Assembly (NCBI GenBank): GCA_000708835.1
Contig: DF237397.1
Location: 1-64,000, forward strand
DNA: 64,000 bases
From: Klebsormidium nitens
Lineage: Eukaryota > Plantae > Klebsormidiophyceae
Reading direction: 5' to 3'
Shown here: positions 1-12,900 of the stretch, one piece after another
How positions within the stretch are numbered: position 1 is the stretch's first letter
Layout: each line of letters opens with the position of its first letter
Notes under the pieces: model-generated
The model's database searches: none
Told to the model about the DNA's origin: nothing
Seen by the model: only the letters and a program-made list of their open reading frames with translations
Position numbers and translations under genes: made by a program

Positions 1-2602
1 CTCGCCAAAAGTGCGCCCCTCACACTACGGCAAAACTTCACTGCAAATCATGGAGGTGAGCGCTGTGACTAAGTTTTCAGATTAGGTTACTAACTAGCTA
101 CCTGGAAAATCGTAGGAGCCAATTTCCCATCAGGTTTAAAGTGGGCATCATTATTGGGCGACTCAGGACGCTCACTAATGCCAAGCGCATATCATGGTAA
201 ACCGAGACGTTTCTTGCTTTTCGTCTTCCTCTGCTTGCATCTTTCATAAGAAACGAAGGTAGCGGGCTCGGGGTGAATAGGCTTCTGTCCAAAGTTCAGA
301 TTCAGATACCTGAAAGGTCCCGATTCCACTTGCATCTCTTAGCCGGACGTTGCAACCTGATATTGCTGAAAGGTCTGCAAACCGGATACGCACTTCGAGT
401 ATGGTTCGTATGGGCTTTTGTTTCTATGATGAATCGTTTCCGTCTTTGCTTGCGCACTCGAATTCTGGGTGCCAACCGTTTTTCGCCACTGACTGTTCTC
501 CCTTAGCACCTTCAAGCTAGTCTAGTCACGCCGGATGACAGGGCTTCGAACTGATTGGAACTGAACCAAGTTTCGCAGATTTCACGAGGTCATCCGGCCA
601 CTCTCTAACCGAAGCTTCATAAGTCCGTAAGACCCGAAACCTAGTCCTTTTAACACTAAAAAGGATCTACAAAACATCAAGGGCTAACTTTTGGAATCTC
701 TACTCGCAGGCACATCTGGGCCCTGGCTCTCTGTTAGCCGTCCTCCCTGACCCAGTCACCCCCCTAGCCGGGAGCCGGTTCGTCCAGAAACAGTCGTTCC
801 ACCTCAGCGGAGACGCCAGTCTAGTTCTCGTGGACTGGATGACCAGCGGACGGAAAGCGCTGGGCGAGTCGTGGGAGTTCGCATCGTTCGAAACTGCCAA
901 CAGCGTGGAATGTGACGGGACGCCCGTTTTGCAAGACAAGATGGAAGTAAGGACACTTGGAAGCGCTTTGACTCCTTTACAAGTATTATTCATTTACCCT
1001 CCGGACAAGCTCACAAGCAGGCCCGTGCAACGTCTCAGAACAGGGTTGGGATCCAAACTTGTCCTGCGAGGTCGGAAGGACAGTTCCACAACGAGTTTGG
1101 CAGGTCTATAAAGCGGCGTAATGTTCCAGATGTCCTTCTTTGCGAGGCATCTCTGTGCAGATTATAGCACGACTTTATCAGAGGTGAAAGCAGCTGAATG
1201 TGCGACAACTATGCCCAAATCTTTTGCTGCTCGTGATATTTGACGTTCGGACTTTCTGATTCAGGAGGAAATTTTTTGACTTGTTGGCGACAAGCACACA
1301 TACCTTGACTTGAAAAGAAAGGTCGTGCTGACGCGCATCGACTTTTGACTCCCGCCAGTTGCGCTACGAAGACGGCGTCTCGATCAAGGAGAGAATGGGA
1401 GGGGCGCACGTGGTAGGCATGATGCTGCTAATTGGGTGAGTCGGGACGTTTTGAACCTGGCGCATGTCTGCAAAAAAGTACAACGACACAGATTGAAAGA
1501 TACGTACAGACTGCATGTCGGTTCCGTTTAGTCAGTGCAGTGCTTTTTCGAGCGACCGTGAGAGCGAAGTGTCGGCACTTTTCGGCCACGTAGTGCTGTT
1601 CTGAGCGACCGCTGAAGTTTTCAGGACTCCCAATGTAGAATGTTGTCTGCCCATGTGAAGCAAATTGACGTGAAAAACGGGGCACAGTGACTGAATCTTC
1701 ACTATGCCACTACGCGAGTAGGTACTTGAAGCGACCAGCAGCCCGTGGAAACAAGCTAAACGTCGCCGAGTGAACGTTCTGGTCGAAAACCCGCCTCGAA
1801 ATTCTTTTAATGAAAAGAAGCTCGGGAAGAGTCGTCGGCACGTCGAAAGCCTTTCATTTTTTCTGCCATCAGCTATTGAGAGCTTCGACCGTTGAATATC
1901 TGGTTCGCTTCGCGCTTCAGGCTTGTAGGCGCAGATTGATGCCGAGAAGATGACCCTTGACACTCTTTTGTTCAGGTTTGAGTAGGACCTTCTTGCGAAT
2001 CCTTAACAAAATGGTTAATCCGCTCTGGCTTCTTCGTGAGGATCTTCCAGTCTTGATCTCACAATCCCGTGTCCACTTTGATCAAGGCTTCCTCCAAAAC
2101 TTGCATGAACTATCCGATCTTAAGTGAGTTCCATTCGCACGCACGGTCGAGTCCTTTAACTTGGGCGGAATCCGTTGGCCCGACTTGTCGACACAGCTTG
2201 CTGCTATCCGCGATAATCGAAGCAACACGTTTCGCACTTCAACGTACAAATCCAGTCCCCTCTCTTCTGCGCAGACCCCGTTTGGAGGAGACGATGCGCC
2301 GCATAGCGCTTGGCCACCTCGCAGGGGGCTTTGCGGCCCCGCGCTGCGACCCCCTGGGAACGATGAAAGCTGCCAAAGCTGACGCGGGGGACCCCCTCGC
2401 AAACCTGGCGTCTTGCAAGTGCTTTTCGGACGGAGATGCAAACGCGCAGAGCGTTTTGAGCACTTCGTTCCGCGCAGTTGCTAACGGAGCCGGATTGCTG
2501 GTGCGCTTTGCGGCGAGTGATACCGAGGCGGCATATGCCTTCCTGAGGGACGCCCTCGCGCCGCTAGGGGGGCAGCTGGGCAGGCCGCCGTTCGCGCCGT
2601 GA
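1..2602 (+). CDS. ureD: Urease accessory protein D, 5'-partial; exons <1-55, 710-946, 1359-1435, 2275-2602
   Basis: Phase-compatible GT-AG exons give ...SPKVRPSHYGKTSLQIME|AHLGPGSLLAVLPDPVTPLAGSRFVQKQSFHLSGDASLVLVDWMTSGRKALGESWEF...DKME|LRYEDGVSIKERMGGAHVVGMMLLIG|PRLEE...LASCKCFSD...GLLVRFAASDTEAAYAFLRDALAPLGGQLGRPPFAP*. This matches recalled plant UreD motifs (PDPVT, LVLVDWITSGR, IASCSTF...VVVRIAS). Confidence 0.9.
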
Positions 2603-3071
2603 AACGCGGAGCGAATGGAATCGCTCTGACCAGAGTCCCCAAGCTTTTATAGAAAAAGGCCACGACAAGGGTACAGGCAATGAAGCGACAAGAAAAGAAA
2701 GAGCGTCTGGAAGTTGAGTGGGTTTGGAGGCTGCTATGCGTGCGGGTTTTGCCGCCACAGTAATGAAGCGTGATTCTACAAACCGCGGGCTTAAGCTCGC
2801 CGAGGTACTGCAAATAGGGGAGAACCGTCCGGAATCGGCGACGTTGCGCTTGCAACGATCCGATCTGCTATAAGCGGAGTACTTGACAGATGGCAAAAAT
2901 TTTGGTTCGTCGAGAAGGATAAGTCTAGTGAAGTGGGCATGGTGACCGGTAGAGAGTGGCTGCGCGCAATCAGGCGCGCGCTAGACACTTCAATTTTGCA
3001 GAGCAGGATAACGGTTTGATGGGCACCTGACAAATGTGGGTAGCGAGCGATTGAGAGAGTACTCAATTGTT

Positions 3072-4233
3072 TTGTGATTGGAAGAAGATACTCGGAAACA
3101 CCTAACAGTAGTTTTGATGGAGCAATGTCGCAGTACCAGTATTGGTCCTCATTAAATCGGGGACCTCCGATTTTGTAGAAAAGAGGACACGAAAGAGCCT
3201 GAAAGACGAAGGGAAGACTTGCAGGAAACGAGAAGGAAAGAAGCGAGTCGCGGCGACGGTACAGATTGATGTACCTGTCTCCGCTGAGTGTAATTTGAAG
3301 TTGAGTTTGACGAGAGCTGGATCAGAAAAGTGAGACCAAGCTAGGCTGTGAGGCTGATTAAATATAACGTGATTCCACTGTAACGAGAGTAGAGGGAGAT
3401 CTGAGATCGAGAGTGTAAGAAGTTGAATCTACATAAGCTGCTGGATTTACCCCAGCAATTTGATGGACGCTGAGTCATTTGTCCTGCACCGTAATGGATC
3501 AGTTTGGCTGTCGATTGCAAACGATATGCAGACAATTGAGCCTCCATTGAGCAAAACTGATTTCTCCTCCTTCAAAGTGCCTAAAGACAAAGGATACAGG
3601 ACGGGTTTCTCGTCCCTTGAATGTAAGATCGACTGCAAAAGGTCTTCAAGTACTCAGTATGGTTGGCTGTGTAAGTTCTTGCCCATATGTTTGTCCGTTC
3701 GTGTTGATTGAGGACAGCCTGAGGGAGTCTTGACAGTGATCGATCATCACGTCACGACATAAGCGAATCAGTGCCATCAATAAAACAAGGCAGCTGGTTA
3801 TCAGTGAGTGTAACAATATGCATGTCATCTATATTGAGGAGCCAATCAGCTCCGGCCTTCTGATCGGGCCAGCTTTCAACTGATGCTCACTGACAAGTGA
3901 AAGGCTATCCGATCCTGGCCTTCCAACACGGCATGAGTTACATGAGGCATGCACAAATCACCTAGCTAGGACTGGCTCAGTCAATTCGGGAACTGGGCTA
4001 TCATTCACAGTGATAAGACTCGGAATTTTACAGATCAGTGCAGAGCCATTAACTTTCTTGAACCCCGGCCCCATCATTTCTGATTCATGATCGAGGGCAC
4101 TGTGCGGTATACTAAGAGGACGAACAAATAATTCGACTTTTTTGCGGCGTGCATATCTGTTGTCCACCTTGTGAACCTTGTAGACGACAACGTCGCCACA
4201 ATGCTGCACTAGTTTTATGTGACTTTCCTCGAC
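3072..4233 (-). CDS. Possible multi-exon gene or gene remnant of unknown function
   Basis: Several stop-free segments bounded by AG/GT (the 3958-4233 ORF portion; GTLKEEKSVLLNGGSIVCISFAIDSQ...KLLG near 3450-3580). I could not join all phases and recognise no family. Confidence 0.2.
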
Positions 4234-4782
4234 CTGTCCTTCACGTGACAATATTGCAAGCCTCAGTATACTTAATAGAAGCATACCATGCATTAGGCCG
4301 CAGACCTTTAGCTTTTACTGAGCATACATACTGAGCATCTAGTACTTGTGAACTTATCGGTCCAGCAAAACGAGACAATCTCTATACATGCCAGTGGAGT
4401 CCAGCAAACGCGCTACGTCTACCGTATGGCGGTGCTCAGTGATGCTCAGCATCGCATCAGGTCGTCGCGTTGTGTCAGTGTAGTGGCGCGTGCGAGCGGG
4501 GGCGGCGGGGCGGCATGGCGACCACCCGAACTGTTACTGTTCTTCAAGTTCATCTATGGAGGCAATCAGTCATATCAGGTTCAACTTGCATCCAATCCAG
4601 TGCCCACGGAAGGTGGATCACGCACTCCTTGCCTTATCCAGTTCAAGTTATGGAAGGTGACGCCCTAATAACTTAAGACAGGTTTGACATGTTTGACGGA
4701 GACTGATCGACTATACTGTCACCGTCGATCTGCCATTTCTATCGACGCAAATGTTGGTGGGCATGGGAAACCTGTCAATATT

Positions 4783-6632
4783 CTACACAGGGGTGAGCTT
4801 GCGGAGGTTGCAGCTACTCTCACACAGGTAGATGCAATGGAGGAACCTGTCAATGTGTTCGGCAGGCTTGGGGGCGGGTTGGGCAATGGCATAGCCATTT
4901 GCGCCCAGGTAGGTGCCGGTTCCTCCAGTGACAGCAGACCGTGTAGCCTGCAGAAAGTGTTGGCACTTCATCAAAAAATGTTGCAATTGGAATTGTAGCT
5001 CCGTAAACTCAGAAATCTCTTACTTGTCCTTGGTTTTCAACCGATACTGTTAGTGCACCGCGTTTCCGCAGGCGATACTAGCGTAGGCAACCTCCATTGT
5101 ATCTCATCACCAGACTCGCACTAACGTTGACCAAGCTATATGTTTTTAAGGGTCTCCAAGTCTCTTCATGCACAAAGCCAACCGGATCGGGCATATGAAG
5201 ATCGCCATCAGTGTCAGAACGACATTCTGTTTGCAAAGCCCTTGATGGAAGATTTGTGTTTTTCAAGAAAGTTCAACTCACCCTTCCAGTGGACTTGAAG
5301 CGGACCTGCATTGTGATCATGTTGTCATCGGACACAATGTTGTTGGCAGCATTGTCACCCTGGCCGGGGGGGGTGAAGTAGAAGGTGAACTGGACGAACT
5401 CCTCCACGTTGGGGACATTGTCATAGGCCACAACGTAGGTCACCAAGAAAGTGGCGTACCCGATGATCTCGTCGGTGGCCTGGCTGTACAGGTGAGGCCT
5501 GCAAGAGGAGAAGTAACCCCAATATCAGATACATAATAGCAAAGAGGCTGCCGTCAGATGTGGCTTGTGGTGCCTGTGGAGGCATGAGAAGTGCCAACTC
5601 TCAAGTTAAGGACTGAACATTTCTAAGGAGGAGATCTGGTTAGACCTGGTGTGATCAAGAGCACCAGTCTGCCAAAGCTGAATCAACCACTCAGTGTAAA
5701 CTGCTATTTTAAGCTGCAATACAAGGGCAAACTGCAATTTTTTCCACCTTAATCTTACCTGTACATGCACTTGTCACCGGTCTTTGTCCCTTCACCGCCG
5801 CCCTGTCCGGCGCAGTTCTCAAGGGGGTTCTGGTCATCAAACTGGACGTACACAGCAAGGGTCGGCTCTACGCCATCCTGGGAGGAGGAGTCAGGGAAAT
5901 AAGTATGATACAACAAAAACACAAGGCACGGTCGGAAGACTTCCATGGGCACCCCCACTGCGAGTCTTGGTTCAGCCTAGAACAACAACAATGCCGTTTC
6001 TCCCGCAAAACAGCACTGGCTATCTGGGGCAAGCCTTAGCTGGCAGTCGCAACTCCACAAATCCGACTTTTTGGTTCCAGCCTGGGCTTAATTTGTAGTC
6101 CGGTTCAGCATAAAAAAGGAACACCGCTACAGTTTCTACGTGAATGGAAGTTGCCGATAATTAATCAATAAATGTTTTTAAAGACACAACAGCTCTTCCA
6201 GGCGAATCTGAGGGAAAAGGAAAAGCCCCAAAACCACAATTTCCAATGTTCGACAGGAATGTCAGTAGCAGACTGCAAGCTGCTGCTTACAATGAAACAA
6301 GTCATCAGAAGTACTAGTGCTGATTCATTTGAAACACTAACGAAAAGTGAAGCAAGCAAAGAAGCTATGGTATTGTGCGTCTACAAATCTAACGGCAATA
6401 TCGTTGTAGGACTAGTGGCTTGGGAAAATCAGTCACCGCAAAAATATTTTGTGGGATTGTTTCTGTCGAGAGAACCTCACCGGCTGGGGGAATTGAGTGG
6501 CGGCGGTGTCACCATTTGCGCAAGTGGCGGTCCGGCCACCGTTAGTGCTGGGTCCACACGATCCAGGGCAGCAGACATTGTCGTTACCAGGGGCATTGTA
6601 GCAGGGGATGAGCCCACTGGGGCAGTCCTTGG
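4783..6632 (-). CDS. Cys-rich N-terminal segment plus dirigent/allene-oxide-cyclase-like beta-barrel protein; exons 6632-6481, 5877-5759, 5498-5282, 4947-4783; start exon not found
   Basis: Four phase-compatible exons: KDCPSGLIPCYNAPGNDNVCCPGSCG...|DGVEPTLAVYVQFDD...KCMYR|PHLYSQATDEIIGYATFLVTYVV...VQFTFYF...MITMQVRFKSTGR|ATRSAVTGGTGTYLGANGYAI...*. AVTGGTGxYxGAxGYA resembles the dirigent GGTGxFxxARGYA motif. Confidence 0.65.
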
Positions 6633-7693
6633 CTGCGAAATACCAATAAAAAACAATGCTGTGAGCAATTTGATATAGCACAGGGTTGCAAGGGCTGCGT
6701 AAGCTTGTCTTGAGGAGTGAGTCAAGAGACCCTGAGGCCTGTGGAAAACAGGCTGGTTCCGACAAGCAAGGAACTCACGCTACTACTATATAAGCCCACT
6801 TCTTCCACCTAGGAGGTTGCTCACTCTCCAAGTGTGAGCAATCTTTATCAACACCTTAACACACCCTTTCTCAGCAACAAAATGAAGAACTCTACAAGCT
6901 TCTTGAGATGAAAAGGTCAAGACTGTCAAGACTGGCTTGCAAGTACTCAAAAATACAAGAAATGACCCAAATCTCAGAATTTGTGCGTGACAGCGGAAAT
7001 GCTGTTGCTATGCTTGGCAAAGAAAGAAACCACGGGGAAACTACCTTGCACAAAAGTAGTACTCAAAAGTGTCTCACTTTTTTGAGCAGCAGACCCCTAT
7101 AACAAGAATGCTAGTTATCATATCTGGGAGTCAAGGTGCAGGGGCAGCTTAGGGGCAGGAGCAGCAGAACGCTAAAGGCAAAAGTTTTTCTAAAATACAT
7201 CAAGACTGTGGCTCCAGCCTAGTTGCAGGAACATTAAGATGCCAAAAAAACCTCTGTCTGGCGTCAAGCCAGCGGATGAAAACATTGTCGGAAAGCTCCT
7301 TACCCTCAGCGAAGGACGTCACTCCCAGCAACAGAACCAGAGTGCAGATGGTGAAACCCTTCATGTTGCTGGCGCTTCAGATTTTGGAGAGGGAGGTGTT
7401 CGAGAAAGAGATGTGAGAATGAGGGGAAACAACGAAGACGTTTTTGTTAAATTGTTTTGTAGGGACGCTCGAAAGATTTCTACCTGCCTATGTACGCTCG
7501 AAAAGATTACCCGGGTACGCTCGAAAGATTACCACATTACCAACACTTTTCTGAATGACTACGTACCTGGATCTGACACAGGTGGCCATTTGCCTGAACG
7601 AGAGTCCCCGAAAAAGTCACCTGAGATATTTCACACTGATAAAGTTGCGGAGACACTAATAAAAGGAGTCTGCTTTGACGGTTTTGCTGCACT

Positions 7694-7780
7694 GGGCACC
7701 CAATTCTGGCCCCTGGGTGCCCACCCCGGGGTGCCCACCGGGCACCCGAAAATGACCGGCAGGGTGCCCCAGGGCTCCCA
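7694..7780. repeat. Cluster of six GGGCACCC/GGGTGCCC-type octamers in both orientations
   Basis: Copies at about 7694, 7715, 7729, 7740, 7762 and 7772 (the last is GGGCTCCC). Confidence 0.6.
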
Positions 7781-8607
7781 TCCCAAAAAGTTATTCTGGT
7801 ACCGACTCTACCGAGCTTTCCTTTTTCGGGAGCCCCAAACTTTTACCGACTAGTCGTAGATGTGAGTCGTGACCGCTCCATGGGCCTCTGAACTACCTAG
7901 GTAACGGTAAGTACCGGTAAGAACCGTACCCGGTAGGTACCTAGGTAGGTAGTAGACATAGGCCGCTGTTCCCTGGTGCGTACCGGCCAATATCGGTTCT
8001 TTCGTGGTTCTCCCTGGCCAGTGCTCGGTTGAATCTTCGCATGATTTGTGCTGACAATTTATCACGTGCGCCATCGTTATCCGTAATAATACCGTACTCC
8101 TTTCATGTGGTACGGAGTAACGTCTTTACCAGATGGCAGGCCGCAGAAGCTCCCGCTTTTCTGGCAACAATCTTTTCTGGAGACCCGTCGCCGCGTTCAA
8201 TTTGTTTAAAAATCACATGTTTCGCGCCATCTGTGCGGGTTCAATTACATGAAGGGCTGACGCCACATAATACCGTAGTCCCCGGCCGGCGGCCAGTTCG
8301 ACTCAGTGCACTGGTGCAGTGCACAGCGATATACTGGTAGGGACGTAATCTACGTACTCATGCTGCTACATACTCAGTAGATTCCCGACTCGGCATGGCC
8401 GGTGTAGTACTATAGACTGTACTTTAGAACTTGGCCTCACCGAAGCTCTGGTTTGTCTCCATTCCGGGTCAGTACGATTTTTACCGGAGTTTTCGGATGG
8501 TTTCTGGCGCTCTTAAAAGGGGTTAGTACTTGACTAATTTTTGAAAGAGCTTTATTTACCAATCTCAACTTAGTACAATGGTTCCCTCCATAGGAAGTTT
8601 TGGCTTT

Positions 8608-8787
8608 TAGCCGGGGGTTGAGCCGGGGTGGGACCCCCGGCTCATTTTGCCTGGTCGGCTCATATGCCACCTGAAAGAAAGAGCCGGGAAAGAGCCGGGC
8701 ATGCTGCCCAGCTCATCCAGACATGCACGGCTCCTGACCGGGGATGCCCGGCTCACTGTCTGCATGATTGAGCCGGGCATTGAGCCA
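8608..8787. repeat. Cluster of about ten GAGCCG(G)/(C)CGGCTC motifs in both orientations
   Basis: Copies at about 8608, 8620, 8637, 8656, 8681, 8692, 8727, 8746, 8770 and 8782. Confidence 0.6.
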
Positions 8788-9902
8788 CGAGGGTACGGAC
8801 TACCGTGACGTCACCCCGTGCGGCCCGCTGCCCGCGGCGCTGGAGCGCGGCCGCCTCGGAGGCCTCCGGCGCGGCCGCCGTTCCGCGTTGCGGTCCTGTT
8901 GCAGTGCGGTTGGCCGGCGGGGTGGCAACTCCCGTTTTAAAACATGTACTCTGCAAACTAAAACAAGTCATTGGGCTTGCTTCGCCTGTTTTTAAAACAA
9001 TTTTAAAACGTTTTAAAATGATAGAAAGGCCGGGCCTTTGCGGACCTTATATTGATATCTTAATACGTTCAAGGAGCTAGAACTTGTTTTGGGCGACAGA
9101 TGAACAGATCAGAGGCTTCTACAACATATGTAAGTGGTTATCTTGGTTCGTAATATGAACTAAAGTAGAACCATTGTAGCCAAAGGTCGTTTTCTACGCG
9201 CAGACTGATATGTTGGTCCCATGTTGGTCAATCCATGGATTTGCAGGTAGCCCGGGCCGCGGCGACCGTACACAAATGCCAGTGATATCGAAATAGTGAT
9301 CGAAGCACAGGCGCGGCTGCGCGAATGATCAATTGCGTCCGGCCAGCTCCATGGTCGGGCCACGCGGCACCATCTTGATTTAATGCATGTTTTGTTGGAA
9401 GGCCCATATCATGTGATCTCGCATGCAGCCCGCCCGCCGCAACGGTTCATGGATCGCAGGCTGTTTTTAGTGAAACGTTTTAAAAGTAGCACCAAGACAG
9501 CTAGCCGCGCGAGCGGACAGCCCCCCGGCCGCGTCGGATCAAGCACGTACTCAATGGCACCACGCGTAGGTTGTGTATAGGACGGCCGGAATTACAAGGT
9601 GGTATATGCCATGGTTGCATGATGTTGGCTAGTAGTAGTCTGTGATTCAAATGATTAATTGGACATGCATGTTATATACAAGACCAGACGAGTCCATGAG
9701 AAGTTCCTTGTTGCAAGATTGAGTGGTCCAGCATGGCATCACAAGGATCCTTATGCATATCATCATGACAGTGAGCCTGGCAGGCCGGGGCGGGCTGAGT
9801 AGCACATAGACGGTCAGAGCGACCTCAAGAAGTGCGGCTGGCTGCATTTGGAACGGCCGACCCTGCCAAAGCGCAACCGGATGATTATTACACTTGCATT
9901 TG

Positions 9903-12900
9903 TCAAAAGGTTTGGAGTTTTTGTATTAGCCCTCGATCGTTCATTGCGACGGCTCTCCTTTCAAGTTTCTCCAAATGTTTACGAAACTGCGATTTCGAGA
10001 AATAATGCAGCCACGCTGTCCGCTCCTTCAGCTCGTGCTGTTCCGAGATGCTGCCCTGGAAAGTAAGAAAAAGTAGGGCTCAGAGTTACGAGATCTTCCG
10101 CAGCTAATCTAAGTGAGACCGACCAAACAACGACCCTTTACTGCGAGACCGGATTCTTATTGTTTACTTTCTGTAGCTTTGCCAGCTGACCGCACAATAT
10201 GCAATGACGCCATACACTTTCTCACAATCTGTGGAGAGTACATTTTGGCAAGTTTCTTCTGGTCCACACTGATCCCCTTGGCGGGACTGACCGCTTTTGT
10301 CTAAACCGGGAAATGCAACCAAGGCAGCAAATTAGTATTGAACGCGGTTGGTCGAGCGCACTGTGATGAACAAAGAAGCACTAAGCTCCGGTCACGATCA
10401 ATATCAATCTCGGCATCTTGTTGCAGTTCTTCCCCCGGCAGGCTTCGTCATTGCACGACACCAGTTCGCCAATATAGGGAAAAGGAAGGCATGAAAAGAA
10501 ACAACATAGGGGACAAAAAAGTGAAAGAGGTAAGGCGAAGGGACAGAAGATGAAGCAGGAAGCAGAAAAGGAAGGGGGGGGCAGACGAACGAAAGAGTAC
10601 TGGATTCAGAAAGACAACAAGGCGTGACAAGATGATCATGACGGGGTTCAGAAAAGGAGGCACATGAAAAAGAACAATGTGTGCAACGGAACGGAACGAA
10701 AAAAGAACCAGACTGGTGCGAAACGGAATAGAAAAACACGCGAACAGACGGGAAGACGCGAGAACACAGATTCAAGACAAGAGAAGAGGCGAAGCAAGGA
10801 GGAAGACGAAGACCATAGAGAAGTGGGCAGAGGCGCACGGTGATGAGGTGCGCCAATAGAAGCGACAAAGGAAACGGGACGCGGAGGTTAGAGAGACGCG
10901 AACAAAATTTAAAACATGAGGAGGAGAAATGGCCGGAAAAAAGGGGTGACGGAAGGAGAGCAACGAGAAATCAGAGGAGGATTGGCAGAGACGCACCGTG
11001 ACTGGGTGCGCCAACAAAAGCGAGAAACGAAAAGCGACGGCGGAGGGCAAAGGAATACGAACAAGAAGGAAGACGCGAGGGGAAGAAGTATAAACAGAAT
11101 TAAAGGCAAAGTAAGGGGGAGAGACGGAGAACTGGAAAGAATCAGGCACAAATGTAACGTGACTGGGTGCGCCAGCAAAAGCAAACCAAAAAGGACGCGG
11201 AGGGTAGGGAGACGCGAACAGAAAGGAAGACGCAAGGAGGAAGAATTAGAACAGAACTAGAGGCAAAGCAAGGGGAAGAACGAAGAACAAGGACGAGATC
11301 AGGCAAAAGCGCAACGTGACTGGGTGCGCCAAACGACGCGAGAAACGAAAAGCGACGCGGTGGGTAGAGGGCTGCGAAGAGAAAAACAGACGCGAGGAGA
11401 AAATGTCAGAAAAAAGTTAGTGGCAAAGCAAGGGGGAAAACGGGGAACCAGAGAGAGCTGGACAGAGGCGCTCAGTGACTGAGTGCGACAACAGAAGCGA
11501 GAAAGGGAATACAACGCGGAAGAGAGACACGAAAAGAAAGCAAGACTCGAAGAGAAAGAATCAGCAGGAAAACACAAGGGGTGAAGGAAGGAGAATAGCA
11601 AGAAAACAGAGGAGAAAAGGGCAGAGGCGCACCGCGATTGGGTGCGCCAACAGAAACGAGGAACGCGCACGGAGGAAGAATCAGGAAAAGAAGGGGTGAA
11701 GCAGAAAGCGGAACGAAGAACCGGAAGAGAAGTGGGCAGAGGCGCACGGAGACTGGGTGCGCCAAGAAAGAGGAACACCACGCGGTGGGTAGACGGATGC
11801 AAACAGAGAGGAAAACACGAGGGGAAAAATCAGGAGAAAAGAAGCGGTGAAGCAAGGAGAGGACGACGAACCAGAATAAGATCAGGCAAAGGCGCACGAG
11901 GACTGGGTTCGCATACAAGAGCGAGAATGGAAACGACGCGGATTGTAGAGAGACGCGGACAGAAAGGAAGACGGCAAAAGAAAGACAAGAGACGAGGCGG
12001 AGCAAGGAGAAAAAGGGAAAGGTAGAGAGACGTGGGCAGAGGGGAACAGAGACTGAGTGCGCCAACAGAAGCGAGGAAGGAAACACGACGCGGAGGGCAG
12101 GCAGGCGCGAACGAAAAAGCGACGCGAGGAGGAAGAGTTAGGAGAAAGAAAGCGGTGAAGCAAGGAGAGAAGCTTAGAACCGGAAGGAGATTAGGCAGAG
12201 GCGCACCGTGACTGGGTGCGCCAACAAAGCGAACGTGGCGATGAAGGTATGTAGACGCGAACGAAAAGGAAGACGCGAGGAGGCAGACTCAGGAAAGAAG
12301 TAGGAGCAAAGCAAGGACAAGAACCTAGAATCGGAAAGAGATGAGGAAAAAGGGCATCGTGATTGGGTGTGCCAGAAAAGCGAGAAACGAAAGCGACGCG
12401 GAGGGTAGGAACCGCGAACGGGATGGAGGACGCGAGGAGAAAGATTAGGCAAAACAGGAGGGGTGAACGCAGGAGAGCAACGAAGAACCGGAAGAAGATT
12501 GGCAGAGACGCACCGTGACTGAGTGCGCCAACAAAAGCGAAACGAAAAGGGACGCGGAGGGCAGGGGCAGAGAGATTCGAACAAACATGGAGACGCGAGG
12601 AAGAATGATAGCTTGAAAGAAGGGGTAAAGGAGGGAGAGCAACGAAGCACCGGAAGAAGATAGGCAAAGAGGCACCGTAACTGGGTGTGCCAACAAAAAT
12701 GAGAAACAAAAGCGACGCGGAGAGTAGAGAAATGCGCACAGAAAGGAAGAGACGAGGAGGCAAATTCAGGAAAGACGTAGAGGCAAAGCAAAGGAGAAAG
12801 TCAAAGAACCAGAAAGAGACTAGGCAAAAGCGCACCGTGATTGGGGGCGACAACAAAGGCGAGAAACGAACAGCCGCGCGGTGGGTAGAGAGATGCAAAC

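Noticed and set aside
7239-7853. 204-aa plus-strand ORF
   Set aside because: No recognisable motif or splice context, and it runs through the GGGCACCC cluster; probably a chance ORF.
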